A stretch of DNA of 64,000 nt, taken from the NCBI GenBank assembly GCA_964106915.2, contig OZ066916.1. One strand, given 5' to 3'. This DNA is from Podarcis gaigeae (taxonomy: Eukaryota). The position numbers and the translations under genes are program-made. The notes under the pieces are model-generated. The model ran no database searches. It was not told where the DNA came from and saw only the letters and a program-made list of their open reading frames with translations. Positions 1 to 13,310 of the stretch are shown piece after piece (within the stretch, counting starts at the first letter, position 1; each line of letters opens with the position of its first letter).

Positions 1-2454
1 TTTGTTTGTTTGCTTAGCTCTGATGAATTGGATGTCACCTTGGGAGCTTTTCAAGGTAGAATGGATGATTCATAAATTTTATAAACAAATATTTGCTGTC
101 CAAGTCATTGTGGGATGCCTTCTGCTGGCTAGGCTGGGAAAACCTTTAGGCTTGCTGACACAGCTACTTTGACCCAGTTGGACTTGGCAGTGGACAGACA
201 TAAGGCTGTGGGAACCTGTCAGGATTTGCACGCCCCTTGTTCCCTATTAAGAAACTTTGGAGAATGATAGCCTCCATTCATGAGGGTGCCTGTTACTGAA
301 TGTTGAACATGCCTCTAGCAAACTGCTTGCAGTTTGAGCCAGTGGAGATTCCCTGTCCCAGGCTTGATGTCCTTTACTCACTTAGCCCTGCCTGGTTAAG
401 GTCACTTTAGGACTGGATCTCTTCACGGCAACCCATTTCAGAGCAAAGTTGACAGACAGCAGCCCAGCCAGCCCACTTTGCATATTCTTGATAAAATTCT
501 AGTTCCTTTGTCACATGGGTTTGCTTTGGAAATGAACAGTAAAAAACAACAACACAAAACCACAATCTGGGGGGTTGAAAGTTTTGCCAGTGTTTCCTAA
601 GGATCATGTAACTCCCTGCAGCAATGCTTCAGTTCCAAAAGTTCACACTGCAATAAATCACATCCAGCAGTGCCACAGACTTTTTTGTTGTTGTCTTTGC
701 TTAAAAAGATTAAGGAGGCTGCTCCTTTGGAATCATTAACGTAGCCTGATTTAATGGCCCAGCTTACCTGTAACATTAAATCAAAACATGACTTACGGTA
801 CTTAGCATGAAGAAGCAAACATATAAGCTCCAGGAGAGATCATGGCTGCTTTGCTCATTTTGCTGCTGTGCTGCACTGAGCTAAACCATGGTTTGGTTTA
901 GAATGTTGTTCAAACCTGGGCTTGTGATTTAGGTCTCTCCAGATAGACGATGAACAGAAACCATAGGTTTTGGCAATGGTTCACAGCTAATGGTTATCTG
1001 AAAGGGCTAAACCAAGCAAAGTCAAATCATGGCTTAGCTCAGCACAGCACAATGGGAAAATGGCTGCGGAGGAGCAAAGTGGCCATTGACCACAACCTCC
1101 TTCCCGTGTTTGCTCAATCACATGAAGCCATGGTTTGGCTTAGTGTTACATGGCAATGAGGGCACTGATATACATGCAGACCAACTGTATTTTTCCTGTC
1201 ATGCATAGTGGCTGGATTGGAATGAGAGAGAGACAGAATCCACAGAATCCACAGTCATTTTTGTGACTGCTAGAGAAAGCACTACTATGAACACAGGGAT
1301 AGCTGGAGGCTTTCTTCTTGTTCACACTGAGATTTCACTATGTGATCTTGTATGGCAGAAGATGAGTTGGCTTGGCGAACTGACCCTTAAATACTTAGAG
1401 AATTTATGTGAAGAAAGTAAACAAAATCCCTTGTGACTGCAAAACTCAAACTTAGTCTCTCTCACTCTCACCCCCCCCCCCCCCCCCCGTCTTGCCTTGG
1501 TATTGATAGACTCTGCCTGTTTGCAGGAACCATTCATTTAACATTGTTTTGTACATACAGGGAGAAAAAAGAACACGTAAAGCCCCAACAGGTTTGGCTC
1601 AAGACTGATATGTACCTCTGCAGATTACAGAAGAGCTTGTGAAAACAAGGCTGTTAAAGCTGGAACAGACTGGAAAGACAGTCACGCATGAGATACTAAA
1701 CTGGTCATGAGACAGGGATTTGTTCTCACTGATGTAGAATAATAACCAAATAAAATGATGTGTTAAGTGATGGTCAGCCATTTATTTCAGCACAGGGAAG
1801 TTCACACTGGAAACAATTGACAATGGTATGAACACTTTATACTACCAAGGGAATAATGAACATTTTGTTTATTTATTTACAACTAGTAGACTCAAAGCTG
1901 TCATTGCTTGGGAATTCTAAAAAACAAAAAAAAACAACCAGTGCACATTTGGAAATCAGTGGTTAAAATCAGTGCAGTTATGAAAATTTCAGTCCATCAT
2001 CTTGACTCAAAATGGCTTCCAACTGTATTCAAACATCAGTGAAAAACCACTCCTTGATTTCAGGAAACATCATGCATTCTTTGTTTACAAAATCTTAAGA
2101 GGCGTCCAAACACATAGTGAACAAACAACTTTGCAAAATATAAAGCAAATACTTACATCCTGCTTTATAGTCCTGAGATGCTCTCAAAGAAGCTTCCAAA
2201 AGATTCTCAAAATAAGATCACATTCAAACCTGGTACAGGAACCAAAATCACTCAGTGTACATTAGGGACTAGGATTTTTCAGGCAGCATTTCCTGCCCTC
2301 TTCCTTGTCCTTCCCTGATGTCAGACCAGGCAGCAGTTCCCACCAAAATCTTGAGTCAAGGGAGTATTCTTGAGCAGCTGCATCTTGCTCTGCTCATGAT
2401 GGAATGGAAACAGACTTCCCCACTAGCAGTTGGCAAGCAGCAGATCCTCTGAGG

Positions 2455-2598
2455 CGCAGGGGTGGGGAACCTGTGGCCCTCCAGATGTTGTTGGACTCCA
2501 TCTTTCATCAGCCTCAACTATCATGGCTGATGGTCAGGGATAACAGGGGCTGTAGTCCAGCAACATCTGGAAGGCCACAGGTTCCCCACTTGCTCCTG
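2455..2598. mobile_element. hAT-type palindromic MITE
   Basis: GTGGGGAACCTGTGGCC..CCAGATGTTG arms, 8-bp TSD CTCTGAGG (2447-2454, 2599-2606); an older relative lies at about 20527-20660. Confidence 0.75.
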
Positions 2599-4639
2599 CT
2601 CTGAGGCAAGGAAGGGGGGCTCAGCAGCTGGATCTCGTTCAGCACATGATGGAACAATATGGCTCCTGAAACAAACTGATGTGCTGTTGCCCTATATTAC
2701 AACAGCAAGCAACCAAAAAATTAAACCCTGCATCCAAATCAAATATGGATAAATCTTTTCAACTTGTATATATGGCTTCTAAAACTCCTTAGTTCAAGCA
2801 GCTGGAGCTTTGGAGGACAGCTGCTACAGGTTGGGTCCAGAGTATTGATGATTTACAGATGAATCCTAAATGTGTATGTGTGTGAGATCTCTAACACAGC
2901 CACTGCTAAACCATGGTAACGCGTCAGTGGAAACATGGGAGGCAGAATGAATTGGTTCCCAACAGAACTTTAGAATTTTTGATCCTGCTCTCCCCCCAAA
3001 ACACACACACACACATTGGGCCTTAGATACAAGGCTGCTTCTTACCTGCTGCTGAATGCTCTGTTTTGGGTCTGCAAAACATTGCAGCACAAACATTGCA
3101 GGTGGTAGATCTAAGCCCAGCTCTGTGCACATCCCACAGCACATCCACATCACAGTGGATGCATGCCACCTTCCACAGGTGGAGCACCTTTTTGCAAGCA
3201 GAGGGGTACTTCTACCTCCTCCAGCCAGTGGCTCTGCAGGTCAGGACTGCACTCTTATGGCATTTTAGTACGTAATCCATTTCTTTACAAATATACTAGA
3301 TAAGAAAGAAAGAACCTGGACATGGAACTGCTAGTTTGCAAAGCAAATATATTTCTCCAAAAACAAATCTGCACTCACACTTGGAAACTCCCAACACTGT
3401 TTCTTGTTAGCCAGCTGCACAAACTCTGGCCTGATGTGCAGAAACAGCAGGGGAGGTGGCAAATTAATTATCATGGCATTTGGATGCTGCCCTGTAGCAT
3501 AGAAGTTTTCTGGACAGTTTGTCTTAAATAAGAAAGCAACTGGAACACAAAGAAGACACAAAACCCAAAGCAACATAAATACAACCAAACAAAACCTCAC
3601 CACATGCAGATTTTAAAACTGAACGGTCCACATTACTTCCAGTTGTTTAAAAGGCCTGGATGATGAGAAAATATCACAAAGACAGTGCCAAGTGAACCTT
3701 CCTGGGAAGGAAGGCTGCTCAATACAGTAAATAACTGGGTGGCCACTGCTGAAAAGGCCTTATCCCTGGTGTTTACCCACCTCACTTCATTCCTTAAGGG
3801 TCTCCAAAGAGCACCTTAAGGTTGGACTAGGTACATAGGATAGAAGGCAGTATTTCAGATGACCTGGTCACAAGCTACTCAGGGCATTAAGAACATAAGA
3901 AGAGCACTGCTGGATCAGGTCAGTGACCCACATCCTGTTCTCAGTGGCCTACCAGATACCTGTGGGATGCCCAGAAGCACTTTCTCCAGCTTTAAGGCAC
4001 TTTAAGTTGGGCCCAGAAAAGCACTCAGCGCCACTACAGTTGCCAAAGCACAGGGATAATATGGTCAAACCACCTTGTTCTCAATTGACAGCAGTTTCCA
4101 TGCCATTTTAAAAAGTATGTAGCACATTGCAATAATCGAAACAAGCGCATGGGTAATGAAGATTGACTGCAAGTTGCCTAGAGGCTGCCCCAGTTTAAGC
4201 AACTTACCAATTATAAATTACTGTTAATAACGATGGTGGACACGCAATATTCCTCCAAGTTAATGTATGCACAATATTTGACTTCAAGGTCATACGACTT
4301 AACCCACATGAAAACACTCCCTGCGTTTAGAAAAGAAGAGTGGATATCACAGAGTTCTAGCAGGCTCCGTGCTAGTTTTCTGGGTGCTGCGATTTATTTT
4401 TCGAGGGCGAAGGTGTGCTCAGTGATGCCATCAGGGCAAGGCTTTGGGACAGAAATCTAGGGCGCCATTAGGCAAAACGAGAAGGAGTGTCCCTAAACCA
4501 AGGGGTCCTGGCATAGTGCAATAAAGTGAAGAAATACACTTTATACACACTAGAGAAGACAGGAGTTGCACCTGGGTACAGGCAGAGTGCCATTCCCTCA
4601 CGTCCAGATGAGGGAAGAGGAGGGCTTCGGGGTAAATCC

Positions 4640-5170
4640 CCGCTGGCTTCCAGGCAGGCTCGAACCGAGCCATCGCTGGGAAAGGAGCCGCCGGGGCGGG
4701 CGGACGCGCCTCCCTCGGCGCACGAGGGGAGGCCCGGGCCCGCTGGGAGCCGCCCCTCCACCGCGCCGTCCAATGGGAAGAGCCGCGCTCGCCTTCCTCG
4801 CTTCCTTTCTCCCGCGGGAGGCGGCCGGGCGCTGGGCAGACGGGGAGCCGCTTCTCCGGCGCCGCCACCGTCGTTGAGGGGGCGTCCCAAGGAGGAGGCG
4901 AGCGGGAGAGGGCCGCCGCGGGCGTTTCAAAGCGGCGGGAAAAGGGCGAAGAGCGGCGGCTGGGCAGGCAGCCGCGAGTCCCGCGGGGCCATGGGTCGCT
5001 GCAGGCGGCGGCTGCTGCTGCCGGGGGCTCCGGCGCTCGCCCTCTTCCTGCTGCTGCCCGCTTGGCTGCTCGGGAGCTGCGCGGAGAAGCTCGGTGAGTC
5101 GGGGCCGCCGGGGCCATTTTTGAACGTTTCCTTTGAACTGGGAAAGTTTAGTGCCGAGCGCGGAAGGATT
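4640..5170 (+). promoter_or_regulatory. CpG-island promoter / first exon region of DCBLD1 with GC box (GGGGCGGG 4693-4700) and CCAAT box (4770-4774)
   Basis: Very GC- and CpG-rich stretch in otherwise CpG-poor DNA, surrounding the DCBLD1 ATG at 4991; motifs read directly; TSS not determinable. Confidence 0.85.
4991..5093 (+). CDS. DCBLD1: DCBLD1 exon 1 (signal peptide MGRCRRRLLLPGAPALALFLLLPAWLLGSCAEKL-G)
   Basis: GCCATGG Kozak context, basic then hydrophobic signal peptide, G|GTGAGT donor (phase 1) matching exon 2. Confidence 0.9.
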
Positions 5171-5182
5171 GTGTGAGAGAGT

Positions 5183-5186
<4 letters not shown>

Positions 5187-5268
<82 letters not shown>
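5187..5268. repeat. Compound (GT)n(GA)n microsatellite at the start of DCBLD1 intron 1
   Basis: Read directly. Confidence 0.95.
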
Positions 5269-5270
<2 letters not shown>

Positions 5271-5784
5271 CTCTCTATGTGTAGAGAATGACTGAATGCG
5301 ACAGCACTGGAAAAGCTCGTGGTTTAACTCTCTGAAAAAGATACCAGATGTTCTTTGCCTTCGAGGGATCAGATTCCTGGAGATTTAAAACAGCATTTGA
5401 GATTTCTTCCTTCATCGTCTTTTAATAATAATAATAATAATTATAATATATAATATAATTGTGCATATTGTGGCAGAGCGGATGTTTTTCTCACCTTTCC
5501 AATAAGTAGTTTGTGGCTGGTCAGCTTGTGTTTATTAAATGGTTGAAAATGCAGGACTTAAAGGCTAGAAGGTATTTGGGGTGAACTGGCACATAACAGG
5601 ACCAAGGTATGATTTGCGGTGCTACTCTTGTCAGCAGATGTTGTTGAAGTCCAGACTCCATCACCTGCGACCATTGGCCAAACTGTCTGGTGGCTCATGG
5701 AGTTGCAGTCCCAAGAACATCTGGCACACCAGCTAACCTTGTGCTAGATATATATTCTACTTTACCCCAATTTCCACATGGAAG

Positions 5785-5958
5785 AGACCTAGCTCAGCAG
5801 CAGAGCACATTCCTTGCATGCAAAAGGTCCCAGTTTCAGTCCTAGAAATCTCTAGGTAGAGCTGGGGGGGCTGCCTTGAAACCTAGGAGAGCTGCTGCCA
5901 GTCAGTGTTGACATTACTGATCTGGATGGATCAATGATCTGACTTGGTATAAGGTATT
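5785..5958 (+). mobile_element. tRNA-derived squamate SINE (Squam3-like)
   Basis: TAGCTCAG..AGAGCA..TTGCATGCA..GGTCCCAG head and GAGCTGCTGCCAGTCAGTGT..GGTATAAGG body; related copies at about 47915-48110 (-), 8355-8470 (-), 62560-62690 (+). Confidence 0.6.
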
Positions 5959-7747
5959 TGGCCTCCCAGTGTTGTTCGTCACAACAAAGCTTTGAAGGAG
6001 ATGGAGTTTATTTGCAAATGGAGTTCTGGGGTTGATGGACAGCAACTTGTCCTGCAGTGCTCAAATCAAATGTCAAGACTGTCCCATTTGCTTCCATGAA
6101 GAGATTCCTCCTTTGTACACATACGGCTGCCTTCTTTTTTGAAGGGAATGAAGAAGCCTGATGCATGATGTGTGTGCAGAGATGTAGATTGCGGGAGGCA
6201 GTAAAAGGCTGACTTGGGAAATTAATAAGGCCAGAGAATGCACACTTAATAGGACTGAAATGCAATGTTACTCACATTTAATATAAGATAATTTTCCACA
6301 TTTTGACAGTTGCTGCTAAATAGCTTGGCATCTTGCTGGGAAGCTGAGCATCAAAAGCTTTCTGAAAATCCTATCTTGACCATTAAATAGTGTGATGAGA
6401 AGTGTGAAATTGAATGTTTGCTTTTTAAATATAAGACGGTCCTTTGATTTTTGTGCTTTCCATTTCATCGCTGCATTTCTGCCTGTAAAACTTGTTTAGT
6501 TTGGCAATGCATTCCACAGGGACGAAACTATGCTTTATTTCACCCCGGTTGAAGACTTAGTTTGGCACCCCCACACATATATTTGTGTACACACACACAC
6601 ACACTCAATGGCACCCCTCTGGAGGCTTCATCCAGGGCAAAAAGCCTGGATAGCCCTGCCCCTGCCCCTCCATAGCTAAAGCTCTGCATTCCCTAAGGAA
6701 TCTGAAGTAGACAACCTGTAAATCATGCAATGGAAGATCACATATACTTTGTTCTCTGTTCTTAGATGCTTTGTTTGTGGTTTCAAAATTAACGGTAGTT
6801 TTCCTTCTCTGGAATCCTGTGCACGTTTACTTGGAATTAAGTCTTGCAGTGTGCTCATAGAGGTTCACTTCCAGGGTTCACCCCTGGTTTGTTATCCTTT
6901 TATGTTTGGTATTCCATGCAATTTTATTTCATTAGCTATGTGTGCACTTCTTAGGTGAACTTTGCTTTCTGTAACTCTTTGTTCATGTAGGAATTTCCAC
7001 TCCCGAAACCTAGGGCTGTCAATAATAACTTGAGAAAAGACGATGGATGAATGTAGGCTGCCAGGCGCAAGAGTCTTATCTAAGGGACGCTGTGGAGGTA
7101 CATTGATTTTGCTGGCTGAAACAGCTGAGGTAGAATGGAATCTCCATTACGTGCTGTGGAACTGTGACATCTGGCAGTTCTAGAGGGAGGACGGTCTAAA
7201 TATTCTAATTAAAAAGAGATGTTTTAACTGCACACAAGAGCTTTCCTTAAGGGTATAGAATTGCCAAATAATTTTTGCTATGCCAGTTAAAAATAGAGAT
7301 ATTTTTCCTCTCCTTTTAGTCTTTGCCCTCTTCCCCTACTCCCCCCCCCCCCACCTTTGCTTTGTCTGTGCCAGTAGAACAATGAATTATGCTGTCTTAG
7401 CTGATTTTAGTGCTTTATATAGTTTGACCCGGTTAATCCATGACTAGTTTAGCCATGTGTCTACGTAGCAGCAAGATTATAACAGTAACCCATATTTTAA
7501 AGTCGATGCATGTGGACTGTTTTTTTAAAAAAAAATCTTTTGATTTTTAATTTAGAATAGAAACACAAATTATGAAGTGCAGTTTTACTACAAAGCATAG
7601 TTGATTCTATGTAGTGCAATGGCTAAGAACCAGTGCCGGGAAGTCCCCCGGTAAACCTCAGTTCTGCCATGAACATACTAGTTGGTCTTAGGCCAGCCAT
7701 TACCCCTTTCTGTGTCAGCCCCAACAGCAGCAGCAACATGCAAGTAG

Positions 7748-7875
7748 GAGAGGACTCAGCTGGTAGAGCATGAGACCCTTGATCTCAGGGTCATGGGTTC
7801 CCCCCGTTGGGTAAAAGATTCCTGCATTGCAGGGGGTTGGCTCTCAGGGGTCCCTCCAAATTTACAGTCCTAAGC
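7748..7875 (+). mobile_element. tRNA-Lys-derived SINE with CR1-like tail (P.s.1/Pol III SINE-like)
   Basis: CTCAGCTGGTAGAGCATGAGACCCTTGATCTCAGGGTCATGGGTTC resembles tRNA-Lys(CTT) but is degenerate and is followed by a non-tRNA tail. Confidence 0.7.
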
Positions 7876-7899
7876 CTAAGCAAAGAAACTGATGGTGGT

Positions 7900-7913
7900 A
7901 GATGATGATGATG

Positions 7914-7953
<40 letters not shown>
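7900..7953. repeat. (GAT)n(AAT)n microsatellite
   Basis: Read directly. Confidence 0.9.
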
Positions 7954-7955
<2 letters not shown>

Positions 7956-9681
7956 GCCTGCCTTGAAAGACTGTAAAATGAGAGGATGTGAAATCCTTCA
8001 AACATTCAAAGTACTGTATAAATATTAAGACATTAATCTTCTGCAAAAGTTTTTCTAATGCCTGACTTGGTCTTGGGTATGTCAGAGGACAGGCATGGCC
8101 AGCAAAAGATTTAGTGTTAACCTTTGTATGTATTGATATTATCTGCTGTGATGTCGCTTGAATGACAGTGAATAATGAGAGTTGCGGTTATTCATTAGCT
8201 TGTTAAACAGGCCATAGCTGAATGAAATCGATACCCAAGGGTCTCCATAAGATTTTAACAATTGGAATGGGTATCAGTTTAACTCATTGCTAACATAAAC
8301 TTTTACTGTAAAATCTCGTTTATGTACCTAACGCATTTGCTTCCAAGACAATTGGAACATAGGAAGCTACCTTATGGGACCATTGCTCCACCTCTGCTGA
8401 CAGACAGCGAATCTCCAGTGTTTCAGACAAGGTTTTCTCTCAGCCCTGCCTGGAGATGCTGGGTGTTGAAGATGGTTGTGGGCTTACTGTACAAGCTTAA
8501 ACTGTGTGGTAATTATTTCTAGTGCGAGCAAAAATTACATTCCCGGCAACCTCTGTGCTGCTCCTGTGAGAGACTTCTGGGCAGAGGTGTCACCCACAAT
8601 TTCCTCCCAAAAGCGTGCTAGACCTGTCTCCAACCTGTTCAGTGGAAAGCTTTTTGCTTTCTCTTTGCCCTCTCTTTCTCTCTTCATGGAGAGACAAGGA
8701 GTAGGGTTGATGCTCTTCTGTGTTCCACTAGCTGAGAGATAAAACGGGGAGGGAGGCACCAACCAAAGGAACAAAAGAAATGAGACACATCCAAGTTGCA
8801 CAGGAAACAATGCAGTTTATTGAGGTCCCATACATTTTTTTATGCCACCGGGCAGGCGTGGGGGTGCAATTACACACACGCATGCACACACACAACAACA
8901 ACAACAACAACCTGGAGCTGCTTCCTTAAAATAACTGCTTGGAAACCATTGCACACTTCTCTGAAATAACTTGTAAGGCATCCTAGAGGGAGTTTTTATG
9001 CCTCTGGGCTTAAAAGCTGAAGTGCATTCCAACCATGGCAAACTGCTCCATTGGGCTGAGGGAAACAAAAGCAATAGGGAGTTGCTCTTGCATGAGTGCA
9101 CACTTGTCTCCTGGCAGAGACATACTTTTTGTCACTATGTGGGAGTGCTGCTGCTAGTATCCCAGTGGCGTTGGTATCTCCCATTTGAAACAACTTCACA
9201 TGATCAAGCTCCATGCCTGCAGAAGTAACAAGCTTTAGCATCAAACCTTATTGCTAAACAAAGTTGACCTGCACAAAATGGTGCTCTGTGGGATTTAACT
9301 TAGACACATACACAATCATTCCCTGAAAGAGTAATGCATTTCCAACGACATAGTGTTGACTGTATTATCTCAGCCCATTACAATCTGTGAGACATGTTTT
9401 GGGGGAGTTTTGTGAACAGATACTTCCATGTACAGAAAATATAGTGTCAGCAAGGAAAGATCCTGTCGTAGATTAGGCAGTATGTCTGTGCTTGCATGTT
9501 GTATTTCCCAAATTCATCCTTGTGATCCAAAGTCCCGTCTCAACAGCAGCATAAAAATGTCTATGGAGTTGTAGAGTCTTAAAGAGAAAGGGCAATGGAG
9601 CAAAGGGTGAGAAGGTGGTGTTCTAATGATGTTTGCTTGTTTTCTTATTAAAAGAGCAGTGCAGGTGCTTAGTACCTCAGT

Positions 9682-9931
9682 AGGTAAAGGTAAAGGGACC
9701 CCTGACCGTTAGGTCCAGTCGCAGACAACTCTGGGGTTGTGGCGCTCATCTCGCTTTATTGGCCAAGGGTGCCGGCGTACAGCTTCCGGGTCATGTGGCC
9801 AGCATGACTAAGCCGCTTCTGGAGATCCAGAGCAGCACATGGAAACGCTGTTTACCTTCCTGCCGGAGCGGTACCTATCTATCTACTTGCACTTGACATG
9901 CTTTTGAACTGCTAGGTTGGCAGGAGCAGGG
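9682..9931 (-). mobile_element. 5'-truncated Sauria SINE (different subfamily)
   Basis: Reverse-complement (ACCTTT)n tail at 9682 and body homologous to the other copies. Confidence 0.85.
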
Positions 9932-11904
9932 AGCAGAAGCTTTGACAAGTTCTTCTGCCCCATCCTCAATCCTAGGTAGAGCTGCTCTAGTTAGTTTGGT
10001 GTATCAGACTGGCTAGAAATGATCAAAAATGCGTTGGATCCTGGAGCGTTGTAGCAACATTTTAACGTGTTGGATCCTGGAGCATTGTAGCAACATTTTA
10101 ATGCCATATATGGATGGTTCACATGCACCCCAAATTTTAGCAAAGAACATGTAACTCCCACGACTGATTGACATCAGTCAATAAGTAATCCTGCTGAGTA
10201 AGTGTGCTTTCAGGATTCACATGCAAAAGCCTGTTTTACAGCCCTGACCACATTTGCATGTGAACTTTGACTTACATATCGGAGCTGGTTTCTTGCTTGC
10301 CGGGGCAGTCCTGGTTTTGTCTGGGTGTGGACAAATACAGTCTGCAGTGTAGTCAAGCACGTATGCAGCTGATGCTGGCAACTGCCCACTCCCTTCAGTT
10401 GCTGGATAGGGAAGTTCTAGCCATTCAGCTCTGCAGCTGATGGGTTTATTATTTTCACATTAAGCTTGGCTGTGCTAGTGTGCACCTGGCTGGGACAGGA
10501 CTTCTCACATGTGAAATGGACTAAGGATTTGCAGAGCAGCATTAGTGGCTGTTACTGTCAGGGAGGAAGCCAGCTCCCAACCCAGCTGTTCTGGCTTTGT
10601 GAAGTATATGTTTCACTGCCCAGTCCTATGTGTGTCTACTCAGAAATAAGTCCCACTGAGTTCAGGTTATTGTACGTAGGATTGCAGCTTTTGATGTTTA
10701 ATCACTTCACTTGTGACTTCTCCCCGCCCCACGAGCCCCTTGAGCCAGATAACAAAGCTTGTGAAATTTATTTCAAAAAAGGGAAGTTATCCAATGCTTC
10801 CATTTATTTACGAATGACTAGATTGTGAAATGTGAGTTTTTAAGCAGGGGCTTGTATACATCAGTTGTGAAACTTGTTAAGTTATTATGGAGACTTTTCA
10901 GTAGACTTTGTTGTTCAATGAATTCTGTGGAATTCAATCCCCCCTGCCCAACTCATTTCCCGTACATGCAGTACACAACTTTTTCAGTTTCTCGGGCTTC
11001 ATGCTTTCGGGGAGCAGCTTCCTCACTGAGTCACCTCCTGAGAACCTGGGCAAATTGTAAATTTTGAGGATGTTTGATTGCTGTTTTTGTCTTGTTATTC
11101 ACTATTATAATTTGTGCTGCTTTGTTCACCACTTCATGCGGATTTCTTCATCTCTTCTCCCCCCCCCCCCTTATTATTATTATTTTTTTTAAAATGCATC
11201 TAAATTCACAGTCTATTCATGCAGAATACTGGCCAGGCCTTTTGCCTTCCTGAGTGAACAGAGAATGCAGCCAATGCTCTGCTCTACAATTTGTAGCAAA
11301 AACCAGTGGCCATACTGTCTTTCAGAAAAGTTTATCTTCTGAAGGGAGATCCCTGTTCTGGACCCAGATCCCTGATCTGGACCCTCCGAGTTTCTGGAAC
11401 GCAATTTGAAAACCACTCGCAACTGTATGTGAATTGGGTTATAAACATTGATGTTGGGTGAGCAGGGAATCACTAGTTCTGTTGAATTGGAATATAATTA
11501 TTGTTGAGTAACAAATGTAACTTTCTGTATGGGAAAAAAGAATAAAATATTATAAAAAAGAAAAGCACTAAAGTAGTATTTTGTTTTTAGAGTATCTTCT
11601 TGAAATATAAACACTTGAAAGAGACAGATTCATTGTAGCTAAGGTTCTTCTTTAAAATAAAAATCGAGCATCCTGGTATTTGTGTGTTTATCAATATGTT
11701 CCAAGTTCTGTGCCTAGTGTACCAAGTTAAGTGAGATGAGGCCAGTAGCAGTATATATACAACGGGGCAGTTCAAGGAAACTGTGATGGTGGAGAAATGC
11801 TCCACTTTTTAATGTTTTCTCCTGATAATCTGCTAAGGCCACTGCTGGAATTGTGCACAGCCAATGCTGCCAATCAGATCAGTGTCTCCCACCAGAAGAG
11901 AGCG

Positions 11905-11905
11905 A

Positions 11906-11952
<47 letters not shown>
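11905..11952. repeat. (AAAG)n microsatellite
   Basis: Read directly. Confidence 0.95.
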
Positions 11953-11953
<1 letters not shown>

Positions 11954-12751
11954 CAAATGTGTCATTTTCATTCCCTTTGAGTTTGTTTGTGAAGGTCCCA
12001 AGCGCAGTGCGATGCTGGAAATTAAATGAAGAAAGGGAGGACATAGGTCCTCTTGATACACAGGTCTTTCTAAAACTAAGACCTACCCTGCCTTAAAGGA
12101 TTTAAAAGGGTAGTCAATAAGTAGAGCTGAGAATTAAGTATCAGGTTTCTTTGTTTAATTCATGATGCATTTTAATAGTTCACTTCTTTTTGTCTTGCAA
12201 TGGCACCTGGTTTCCTCCCTGAAAATTCTTGAGTACTGACACATCCTTGGCTTGGACCAGGGCAAACATTTTGGCTCCCTCTTCCCCCAACCCCAAAGCA
12301 TCTTGTTTCTCTAACAAACCTTAGTAAATATTTAGCTGCCCAGGATTGTCAAACCAGAAAAACTTGTGTGAGCTGTCCCAGACAAAGCCCTTCATAACCT
12401 TAAAAGTCCATATTGGGCAATGTAAACAGACACCTATGGGGAGGAGGGATTCCCGACATGCATTCCCTTTGCATCCACCCTCAGATATCCCTGAAGGCTC
12501 CTCTGTTTGGAGCAAGAGGCTTCGGGACAGATTGAGCTGCATGATGTTCCCCAACTAAAGAATCACTGATGTATTTTGAATAGGAATCACTACCCCAGTT
12601 ATATTATCCTGGTTTTATATGTTCAAGTATGTTTGTCTAGAACAGCCTTCTCTAAACTGGTGTCTGCTAGCCATTTTACAGTAGAATACAGTTTGCACTT
12701 TTACAAATGCCACTCATTTTTCCATTCTGCTTTTGTGATAAGTTGTGCCTC

Positions 12752-12983
12752 AGCAGTTCGAAAGCATGTCAAAGTGTAAGTAGATAAATAGGTACCGCTC
12801 CAGCGGGAATGTAAACAGTGTTTCCGTGCTCTGCTCTGGTTCTCCAGAAGCAGCTTAGTCATGCTGGCTACATGACCCAGAAGCTGTACGCCGGCTCCCT
12901 CGGCTAGTAAAGCGAGATGAGCACCACAACCCCAGAATCGGCCGTGACTGAACCTAATGGTCAGGGGTCCCTTTACCTTTTAG
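12752..12983 (+). mobile_element. 5'-truncated Sauria SINE flanked by a 62-bp direct repeat
   Basis: Body AGCAGTTCGAAAGCA...GGTCAGGGGTCCCTTTACCTTT; flanking duplication 12690-12751 / 12984-13045. Confidence 0.85.
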
Positions 12984-13173
12984 AGTTTGCACTTTTACAA
13001 ATGCCGCTCATTTTTCCATTCTGCTTTTGTGATTAGTTGTGCCTCTATCTAGTGTGGCAGTGCCTATGCTATGGAACTCCTTGCCTGTTGACAGGACCCT
13101 TTGCTATGCTGTGTTAGATGCCTGCTGAAGATTTTCCTGTTTCTGCAAGCCTGTCCAGTCACATTATTTAAAA

Positions 13174-13310
13174 TCATAGAACTGTAGAGTTAGAAGAGAC
13201 CACGAGGGTCGTCTAGTCGAACCTCCTGCAATGCAGGAATCTTTTGCCCATCGTGGGGCTTGAATCTATGACCCTGAGATTACGATTCTACCGACTGTTC
13301 TACCCCAGCT
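13174..13310 (-). mobile_element. Second copy of tRNA-Lys-derived SINE
   Basis: Reverse complement matches the 7748-7875 element (GATTCCTGCATTGCAGG body, CTACAGTTCTATGATT CR1-type end). Confidence 0.7.

Noticed and set aside
407-607. Minus-strand ORF with LWFCVVVFYCSFPK, vaguely like a ROS1 signal peptide
   Set aside because: Hydrophobic part comes from a low-complexity (AAC)-rich tract; the following Cys pattern and a suitable donor are missing.
4431-5176. Long overlapping ORFs (216-228 aa) on both strands
   Set aside because: Stop-poor artefacts of the CpG island; only 4991-5093 fits the DCBLD1 signal-peptide exon.
7748-7812. tRNA-Lys-like sequence
   Set aside because: Acceptor and T arms are degenerate and it continues into a SINE tail with a second copy elsewhere; not a tRNA gene.
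11300-11565. Possible LINE 3' tail with AATAAA and A-rich end
   Set aside because: No TSD or coding remnant that I can confirm; family cannot be assigned.
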